A DNA stretch of 64,000 nucleotides from an uncultured Bacteroidota bacterium (GTDB lineage: Bacteria > Bacteroidota > Ignavibacteria > Ignavibacteriales > Ignavibacteriaceae). A program made the translations under genes and the position numbers. The stretch covers positions 88,985-152,984 of the forward strand of contig CAWAPE010000001.1 of NCBI GenBank assembly GCA_963783855.1, written 5' to 3'. This document shows, piece by piece, positions 57,322 to 64,000 of this stretch. Below the pieces are notes generated by a model. That model ran no database searches. It was given only the letters and a program-made list of their open reading frames with translations, and was not told the origin of the DNA. Each line of letters begins with the position of its first letter. Within the stretch, counting starts at the first letter, position 1.

Positions 57322-58236
57322 TTAATTTTCTGACAAATATTTTGCAAGAGAAATTCCATTTTCAGTTTTCCACTCTGTCTTTCCATTAGTTGCACGATTT
57401 TTAACTATTGCAGCCGCAGCAGATGCCGATTTAAAATCGACATCTTTTAATAAAATTAAACAGCCTTCAAATTCACTTTTGGCAAAATAACTTTCTTTTT
57501 CTAACTTTTTTCTTAATGCGTAATAATTATGTCTTTTAAATGATTCTCTTTCTTCTATCTCTATATATGAATCTTTTAATAATCTAAATCCGTTTTCTGT
57601 TAAGACCATTTTACCTTGTAATTGATTTCCTTCATTGTCCTTTCTATTAGTTGTTAAATTGAGATAAAATATTTCATCTTCTGTTTTCGTGATCTCTGTC
57701 GAGGAAACTTTAGTAAAATCTATAATACCTAGATTATTTAAAATGAAAACTATATTCTCGTGGAATATTTCCATATCTGAAATATCTGATGGCGGTAATT
57801 TTGATCCGGTGGGAATTACATTATTAATCAAATCAATTGTGGTCGGATTATCAAGAACAAGGTTGTATGATACTTTCTCAAGATATCTAACGTGCGATTT
57901 AGTAAGATTTGCATCCTTACTTATAAAAACGACAAATAAATCCCACCAATCTTTTGAAGAGTGTTGCTTAATCCTTACTGATGCATCGTCAGCTTCACCT
58001 ATATAAAGTTTCTTTTGATTCGTTTCAATATTCGTTGAAATCAAGTAGTAAATAGCAGGAGATTTTAATTCATCAAATTCACTAAGAATTCTCAGATGTT
58101 TTCTTTCACCAATATAAGCTTTGCCAATCCAGTTGCTTAGTTCAACTGATTTAAAATCTTTGTAGTTATCTTCAGTTAGAATAAATATTTTAACGGATTT
58201 ACCTCTCACGATTTTTCCTTTGTTAGATTCGACCAA
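57322..58236 (-). CDS. GIY-YIG nuclease domain protein with DUF4357-like C-terminal domain
   Basis: 304 aa from TTG 58236; a GTG at 58209 preceded by AAAGGA is an alternative start. N-terminal AIYYLIS...KLYIGEADDASVRIKQH...YLE fits GIY-YIG. C-terminal DVDFKSASAAAAIVKNRATNGKTEWK fits DUF4357 as I recall it. Confidence 0.7.
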   Translation of the reverse strand: MVESNKGKIVRGKSVKIFILTEDNYKDFKSVELSNWIGKAYIGERKHLRILSEFDELKSPAIYYLISTNIETNQKKLYIGEADDASVRIKQHSSKDWWDLFVVFISKDANLTKSHVRYLEKVSYNLVLDNPTTIDLINNVIPTGSKLPPSDISDMEIFHENIVFILNNLGIIDFTKVSSTEITKTEDEIFYLNLTTNRKDNEGNQLQGKMVLTENGFRLLKDSYIEIEERESFKRHNYYALRKKLEKESYFAKSEFEGCLILLKDVDFKSASAAAAIVKNRATNGKTEWKTENGISLAKYLSEN

Positions 58237-58438
58237 TAATTCTTAAATGTATAACTATTACTTATTCTGCACTGGTTATTAATTTATTTGCATGTTATTT
58301 AGCAAAATATTCTGGCACAATACTCGTCTCTCATTTTTGCAAATTCAGCTAATTGAGGTTAAAAAGCAAGAAATTCAGGAAACTATTTATTTAAATGCCC
58401 CGCCGCTGGGGTTTAAATATCTTTCATTGAGTTAACGG

Positions 58439-59755
58439 TCACGGTTTTATGATTTTCGGCAGCCAGAGCACGATATCCGGCCAGTAGAGCAAAATTGAAA
58501 GTGCAATAATTTGTATTACAACGTAGGGCACAATTCCGCGGTACAAATGTGAAGTGGAAACACCTTCCGGCGCGACTCCTTTGAGATAAAAGATTGCAAA
58601 ACCAAATGGCGGAGTCAGGAATGAAGTCTGCAGGTTCATCGCAATTAATATTCCAATCCATAAAAGATCAAAGTGCAAATGTACAAATATGGGGGCAACA
58701 ACGGGAATTACGATAAATGTTATTTCTATAAAGTCTATAAAAAAACCGAGTACGAAAATAACCAGCATTACAATTGCCAGGAAATGATGCGGCTCAAGAT
58801 TGGAAGATAAAATCCAGTTCGATAAATAAATATCCCCGTGCATTCCTCTGAAAACCAAACTGAAAGCAGTTGCACCAACGAGAATCATAAAAGCCATACT
58901 TGTAATGGAAGTAGTTTTAAGCATTACCGCTTTCAGAATTTTCAAATTAAATCTTTTCCGAATAACTGTGAGTAAAGTGGCGCCAAAAGCTCCCAGCGCG
59001 GCGGCTTCGGTTGGTGAAGCAATGCCGGCAAATATAGAACCCAGCACAGCAACTACAAGAGAGAATGGCAGAATAAACGCTTTAAATATTCTTTTCCATT
59101 TAACCGCACCGGTAAATTTATCAAGCTCGGATTTAGGCATTGCGGGAACAGAATCAGGGCGGATAAAAGATAAAATTACAATCCAGACCAGGTAAAGAAA
59201 TACAAGCATAATTCCCGGGATAACTGCACCGATAAATAATTCACCGACAGGCACATTTAATACACTGCCGAGCAAAACAAGAATAATGCTTGGCGGAATT
59301 ATTTGTCCGAGTGTGCCCGATGCCATAATTACACCGGATGCGGCGCGTGGATGATATCCGCGCTTAAGCATAACCGGCAGACTGATTACTCCCATTGTTA
59401 CAACAGTTGCACCAACTATTCCGGTGGAGGCTCCGAGCAATGCACCGACAACAAGCACAGAAATTGCAAGACCGCCCCTCAACTTTCCGAAAAGCAAAGC
59501 CATAGTTTCGAGCAGCTCTTCGGCAATGCCCGATTTTTCTAACATTACCCCCATAAAAATAAATAGCGGAACAGCTATAAGGACATAATTGGACATTATG
59601 CCCCAGACACGCAGCGGCAGCAGATTGAAAAATTTAAGTCCGAAAGTAAATACACCGAAGATAAAAGAAACCCCGCCAAGCGTAAATGCTACGGGAAAAC
59701 CCATCAACAGGAAGATGAGCACAACTACGAAGAAAATAATCGGTAGATATTCCAT
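58439..59755 (-). CDS. dctM: TRAP transporter large permease (DctM)
   Basis: 438 aa, highly hydrophobic multi-TM; overlaps the dctQ stop by 1 nt. Confidence 0.9.
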   Translation of the reverse strand: MEYLPIIFFVVVLIFLLMGFPVAFTLGGVSFIFGVFTFGLKFFNLLPLRVWGIMSNYVLIAVPLFIFMGVMLEKSGIAEELLETMALLFGKLRGGLAISVLVVGALLGASTGIVGATVVTMGVISLPVMLKRGYHPRAASGVIMASGTLGQIIPPSIILVLLGSVLNVPVGELFIGAVIPGIMLVFLYLVWIVILSFIRPDSVPAMPKSELDKFTGAVKWKRIFKAFILPFSLVVAVLGSIFAGIASPTEAAALGAFGATLLTVIRKRFNLKILKAVMLKTTSITSMAFMILVGATAFSLVFRGMHGDIYLSNWILSSNLEPHHFLAIVMLVIFVLGFFIDFIEITFIVIPVVAPIFVHLHFDLLWIGILIAMNLQTSFLTPPFGFAIFYLKGVAPEGVSTSHLYRGIVPYVVIQIIALSILLYWPDIVLWLPKIIKP

Positions 59756-60288
59756 TAAGATTTTTTCTCCGCTGCTGTAGAATTACCGCTGAAAATTTTC
59801 AAGTATGATTTTAATGCAAGAGAAATGCCCTGGAGCAGTATGAAGAAAAAAGATATCGGGATAAATGCTTTAAGAATATACCTTGCGGGCAGGCCGCCGG
59901 CATCGGGTGAAGTTTCTCCCATTATAAAGGAAGTTTTTACAAATCCGAAAGAAGTTACAATCAGCAAAACACAAAACGGAATTAAAAATAATATTGCTCC
60001 AAGAAAATTCACCCACGCCTTATTTTTTTCGGAAAATTTTGTGTATAAAACATCTACACGGACGTGGTCATCGACTTTAAGGGTATAAGCACCGCCCATT
60101 AAAAATATCAAAGCAAAAATATGCCATTCCATTTCCTGCAAGCCTACGCTGCTAATGTTTAAAACATAGCGTGTAAAAACATCGTAACAGATTATTAAAA
60201 CAAGAATAAATGTAAGCCACGAAGTAAAGTAGCCTGTTCTTTCGCTTAACCTGTCAATTTTTTCGGAAATACTTTTTAGATATTCCAT
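59755..60288 (-). CDS. dctQ: TRAP transporter small permease (DctQ)
   Basis: 177 aa, 4 TM, immediately upstream of dctM. Confidence 0.8.
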   Translation of the reverse strand: MEYLKSISEKIDRLSERTGYFTSWLTFILVLIICYDVFTRYVLNISSVGLQEMEWHIFALIFLMGGAYTLKVDDHVRVDVLYTKFSEKNKAWVNFLGAILFLIPFCVLLIVTSFGFVKTSFIMGETSPDAGGLPARYILKAFIPISFFFILLQGISLALKSYLKIFSGNSTAAEKKS

Positions 60289-60299
60289 AAATACTTCTG

Positions 60300-60674
60300 T
60301 TAATAATCAAACGCGTTAATATAATGATTTATATCAGGCTCGCCTTTTTCAGGCAATACAACTGTTACTACATCGAACCTGATATTAATACCAGTAATTT
60401 CCTTTTCGAAAAGATAACCCGACGCAACTTTTTTAACCTGTTTTACTTTATTTGTTGTTACCGCATAAATCGGGTCGCCGTAAAAAAGAGATTTTCGGCT
60501 TTTCACTTCCACAAAGACAAGAGAGTTTGCTTCTTTATCTTTGGCGATAATATCCACTTCACCGTATTTCCTGAAGTGGTAATTCCTTTCTACAATTTCG
60601 TAACCTTTAGACCGCAGTAATTTTTCCGCAAGGTCTTCACCTTTCTTCCCGTGTTCATTGGAAGAAGAACCCAT
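60300..60674 (-). CDS. yraN: YraN family (UPF0102) endonuclease-like protein
   Basis: 124 aa; GEVDIIAKD...LVFVEVKSR motif; classic position after rnhB. Confidence 0.8.
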   Translation of the reverse strand: MGSSSNEHGKKGEDLAEKLLRSKGYEIVERNYHFRKYGEVDIIAKDKEANSLVFVEVKSRKSLFYGDPIYAVTTNKVKQVKKVASGYLFEKEITGINIRFDVVTVVLPEKGEPDINHYINAFDY

Positions 60675-60675
60675 A

Positions 60676-61308
60676 TTATTCCCCGATTATTTCATACTCC
60701 TTAATAATGTTTTGTTCGCCGAGAATTTTCCTTAAAAAAGTTTTCCTGTGCAATGGTGTTGGCCCGTATAATTTCACGGCTGCAATATGTTCTTTGGTAG
60801 GATAGCCCTTATTTTTTGCCCAGAGGTATTCCGGGTAATATGCATCAAGTCTTTTCATTAACCTGTCGCGTGCAACTTTTGCAATAATTGAAGCGGCAGC
60901 AATAGAGAATGATTTTGAATCGCCTTTCACAACAGGTATTACAGGTGAACTGAAATTAAATTTTTTATTACCGTCAGCCAGGACGAGATCGGGCGTAACC
61001 TTTAGCCTGGAAACTGCCGTAAACATAGCAAGTAAAGATGCCTGTAGAATATTTATCTTATCAATTTGCCCGTGAGATATCACAGAGATAGAATAAGCAA
61101 GAGCATTTTCCATAATTAAAGGAAGTACTTTTTCGCGCTGTTTTTCACTTAATTTTTTGGAATCATTTACTCCTTCAATGAAAGTATCAGTCGAAAAAAT
61201 AGCGGAAGCTGCCACTACAGGACCGGCCAACGGTCCCCTGCCCACTTCATCAACGCCGGCGATAAGCTTAATATTTTCAGTTAAAAAAGAATTGTCGAAA
61301 TTTTTCAT
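60676..61308 (-). CDS. rnhB: Ribonuclease HII
   Basis: 210 aa; GVDEVGRGPLAGPVV, and DSKKLS downstream. Confidence 0.92.
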   Translation of the reverse strand: MKNFDNSFLTENIKLIAGVDEVGRGPLAGPVVAASAIFSTDTFIEGVNDSKKLSEKQREKVLPLIMENALAYSISVISHGQIDKINILQASLLAMFTAVSRLKVTPDLVLADGNKKFNFSSPVIPVVKGDSKSFSIAAASIIAKVARDRLMKRLDAYYPEYLWAKNKGYPTKEHIAAVKLYGPTPLHRKTFLRKILGEQNIIKEYEIIGE

Positions 61309-62150
61309 TTGCCCATGTAGATTGCGATTAGACCAAAAATCATATTTAATTTCAGGATAAAACTTAATTTATTCAAGTTTTTCTTTGAGTCATCAGAAAA
61401 TAATGATTTTAAAAAATATACCAGCACTGGGTTTACAATAGCCATTACTACAATAAAATATTCTATCCGGTATAATCTGAATACAAACGGATATAAGGTG
61501 GCGAGTATTAATATGAAAGTTAAAACAAAAATTATTTTCTTAGTGTTCAGAAATCCGTATTTACCCGGAAAAGTAATTGCTCCTTTTGCTGAATCACCTT
61601 CAAGGTCTTCCATATCTTTTATAAGCTCTCGTAATAAATTTATAAGGAATGCAAATACGGCAGGAATAATGGCCAGTCCCCAATTACCAACTGCAACTCC
61701 GCCGTAAATAAATGCAAGTCCGGTTAAAAATGAGATTAATAAATTTCCCGCAAGAGGTTTTTTCTTTAGAAGAATTGAATAGAGGAATAAAAATACTGTT
61801 GTTATTATTTCAATTATTAATGCAGGCAGATTTATAAGCGAAGAGATAAAAACAGAAAAAATTACCAGTCCGACATATAACCCCAGCGCTTCGGAAAGTT
61901 TTATTTTCCCTGAAGGAAGCGGACGGTCGGGACGATTGATCTTGTCGATTTCGAGATCAAAAATATCATTTATTACATTCCCCGCAGCGGCTGTAATACC
62001 GGCAGAAAGAGCAGCAAAAAATATTTTTGTAAGCGGGTAATTTCCAATACTGCAAATTATTGCGGCAACAATTATCGTAGTAAATGTAATTAATACATTT
62101 ACCGGCCGTGTAATTTTAATAAATGAGGAAATTCTGGAAGTCAATTGCAT
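61305..62150 (-). CDS. UbiA-family prenyltransferase (archaeal DGGGP-synthase-like subgroup)
   Basis: 281 aa, about 8 TM; NDIFDLEIDKINRPDRPLPSG first Asp-rich motif; 4-nt overlap with rnhB. Confidence 0.8.
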   Translation of the reverse strand: MQLTSRISSFIKITRPVNVLITFTTIIVAAIICSIGNYPLTKIFFAALSAGITAAAGNVINDIFDLEIDKINRPDRPLPSGKIKLSEALGLYVGLVIFSVFISSLINLPALIIEIITTVFLFLYSILLKKKPLAGNLLISFLTGLAFIYGGVAVGNWGLAIIPAVFAFLINLLRELIKDMEDLEGDSAKGAITFPGKYGFLNTKKIIFVLTFILILATLYPFVFRLYRIEYFIVVMAIVNPVLVYFLKSLFSDDSKKNLNKLSFILKLNMIFGLIAIYMGK

Positions 62151-62216
62151 AGAGAATAATTATTTAATTCTCTATGAATTTAATAAAATTTAGAATGGAT
62201 TTGTTAAGAAATTTAC

Positions 62217-62684
62217 TCAACTCCTTAATTTATCGAGAAGCCTGTTAAGTTCGGTAACCTCTTTGGTATTCAGACTGGAAAGATGACTCTCAACCTGGTC
62301 GTTGTACTTATCCAGTTTTGAAAGCACCTTAAGGCCTTTATCCGTGATCATAACATCCACATGGCGCCTGTCGGTTTCGCAGGTAGTTCTTTCAATAAGG
62401 CCCTTAACCCGTAACTTTTCAACAATCCGGGAGCAATCGGACATTTTATCCAGCATTCTTTCCCTGATAAGTTTTATGTTTGCCGGGTTCGGGTGCTGAC
62501 CTCTTAATATTCTTAGAATATTAAACTGCTGCATTGTAATATCAAAAGGCTTCAGAGTGTTTACCTGGAAATCTCTCATCCAGTTGTATGTAAAAATTAA
62601 ATTTACAACGGCCTTATGATATTCGCTCTTAAATTTTTTCTGAAATATTTCGTCTTCTAATTTCATTTTACTTTCTAATAACAT
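62217..62684 (-). CDS. MarR family transcriptional regulator
   Basis: 155 aa; winged-helix pattern (QQFNILRIL..., DRRHVDVMITDKG). Confidence 0.85.
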   Translation of the reverse strand: MLLESKMKLEDEIFQKKFKSEYHKAVVNLIFTYNWMRDFQVNTLKPFDITMQQFNILRILRGQHPNPANIKLIRERMLDKMSDCSRIVEKLRVKGLIERTTCETDRRHVDVMITDKGLKVLSKLDKYNDQVESHLSSLNTKEVTELNRLLDKLRS

Positions 62685-63395
62685 TTAATTCATCGGGACT
62701 TCAATTATCACAAACTGGCTTTCTTCATCAGCTTTAATAGAAAACTGTTCCACTTCTCTGATGCCGATTGCGTCCCGTTCGTTCAATTCTTTGTCCAACA
62801 AATTAATCTTTCCACTTATCACAAACAAATAATAACCGTTCCCGGGTTTAATATTTTTATAATTTATTTCTTTCCCTGCCTCAGCGTGTCCTAATGTAAT
62901 AGCAGCATCCTGATGTATATACAACGAATCTTTTAGATTAAACCCGGAGGCTACGGTTTTTAATTGATTCTTTCTTTCTTCCAGTGGGAATTTTTTCTGA
63001 TCATATCTCGGGGTAATATTTCTTTCTTTAGGAAATATCCAGAGTTGTAGAAGACTTACTTTATCTTTACTTGATGGGTTTATTTCTGAATGTGTTATTC
63101 CTGTTCCGGCAGACATAACCTGAACTTCGCCCTTTTCTATTATAGAGCCGGAGCCCATACTATCCTTGTGCTCTAGAGCACCATCAATAATGATTGTGAT
63201 TATTTCCATATTATCATGCGGGTGCGTACCAAAGCCTGTTTCAGGTTCAACAGTATCATCGTTCAAGACACGGAGCAAACCAAATCCCATATTTTCAGGA
63301 TTATAATAATTAGCAAAACTAAAACTGAATCTGCTGTGCAGCCAACCTAATTCTGATTTACCCCTGGAATCTTTTGGGAATATTTCTGTCTTCAT
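62685..63395 (-). CDS. Pirin family protein
   Basis: 236 aa; GFGTHPHDNMEIITIIIDGALEHKDSMG cupin metal motif. Confidence 0.85.
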   Translation of the reverse strand: MKTEIFPKDSRGKSELGWLHSRFSFSFANYYNPENMGFGLLRVLNDDTVEPETGFGTHPHDNMEIITIIIDGALEHKDSMGSGSIIEKGEVQVMSAGTGITHSEINPSSKDKVSLLQLWIFPKERNITPRYDQKKFPLEERKNQLKTVASGFNLKDSLYIHQDAAITLGHAEAGKEINYKNIKPGNGYYLFVISGKINLLDKELNERDAIGIREVEQFSIKADEESQFVIIEVPMN

Positions 63396-63407
63396 TATAA
63401 CTCCTGT

Positions 63408-64000
63408 TTAACTCTTTAGTGTGCTTTCACTTTGTACTAAATCACTTTTGTTGCCAAAATAATCCTGAAATACAATTTCTTCAAGTTCCTTTCTTTTTCT
63501 TTTCGATTTATCCGCCGGCCTGACTTTTTCAGGTAAGTCTTCTGAGTTACCCAAATGTCCTATCGCTACAACACTCATAGGAGTGAATCCCTCAGGAATA
63601 TCAAATAGTTCTTTTGCTTTTTGTGCACTGAATCCGCCCATCTGATGAACGTATAACTCCTGTGCAGAAGCCTGGAATGTTAAATTAGCAATCGCCTGGC
63701 CAAGATCGTAGCCGGCATGTTTATTAGGTTCACCATTCCTCTGGTAGAAGTTAGAAGCAATCGTAAGAATTAAAACCGGTGCATTCTTAGCCCATAGTTT
63801 ATTTCCATCAGCAAGAGTATCATAAATTTTGTCATGAGTTTCATCTTCGTTTTTTACACCTACAATAAATCTCCAGGGCTGTTCATTCATTGAAGATGGT
63901 GACCATCTAGCAGCTTCCAGGAGCTTTATCAAGTCTTCTCGTTCTATGTTTTTATCATCAAATGCTTTTGGGCTATACCTTTTTTCAAGCAATTCATGTA
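63408..64000 (-). CDS. Nitroreductase family protein (start probably just beyond the window edge)
   Basis: The track ORF begins at TTG 63992, but the frame stays open to position 64000. Motifs LLEKRYSPKAF, ARWSPSSMNEQPWRFIV. Confidence 0.8.
   Translation of the reverse strand, partial: HELLEKRYSPKAFDDKNIEREDLIKLLEAARWSPSSMNEQPWRFIVGVKNEDETHDKIYDTLADGNKLWAKNAPVLILTIASNFYQRNGEPNKHAGYDLGQAIANLTFQASAQELYVHQMGGFSAQKAKELFDIPEGFTPMSVVAIGHLGNSEDLPEKVRPADKSKRKRKELEEIVFQDYFGNKSDLVQSESTLKS

Noticed and set aside
56772-57395. Track ORFs 56772..56966 (-), 56969..57154 (+) and 57186..57395 (-).
   Set aside because: They run across the intergenic repeats, lack RBS context and have odd composition. A better small ORF (56938-57114, minus) explains part of the region.

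Overview
Low-GC bacterial chromosomal segment. Gene content and repeat style suggest an FCB-group organism such as Ignavibacteria or Bacteroidota, but that is inference only. I support about 60 protein-coding genes and saw no rRNA, tRNA or CRISPR array. The left third (3-24 kb) is an amino-acid/peptide catabolism and nitrogen-handling neighbourhood. It holds ornithine carbamoyltransferase plus carbamate kinase, L/F-transferase, M24 and M1 aminopeptidases, and an APC permease fused to EIIA(Ntr)-like and TrkA-C domains. Most strikingly, it holds four glutamate dehydrogenase (GDH) genes of three structural classes within 12 kb. Two gdhA-type genes are each followed by a ~1000-aa protein (called X here). 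X combines a degenerate receiver, a canonical receiver, a PEP-synthase/PPDK-type ATP-grasp domain and a possible divergent phosphohistidine domain, with no PEP/pyruvate TIM barrel. This is a diverged tandem duplication of a two-gene module (gdhA + receiver/dikinase-like protein). I cannot assign it to any characterised system, and it is my best candidate for something new. The fourth GDH is vertebrate GLUD-like, carries an insertion at the antenna position, and is broken by a 1-nt frameshift. The rest of the window holds two tripartite efflux operons with TetR regulators and palindromic operator candidates, plus housekeeping genes (uvrA, tag, rnhB, Mla-type ABC system, cell-wall amidase). A convergently split TRAP transporter brackets an AT-rich, cassette-like stretch: a GIY-YIG/DUF4357-like nuclease, a tiny membrane protein and an ICMT-like methyltransferase, each followed by a related short repeat. 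Two copies of a ~125-bp nested palindromic intergenic element are also present. All functional calls rest on motif recognition by eye; no database search was run.
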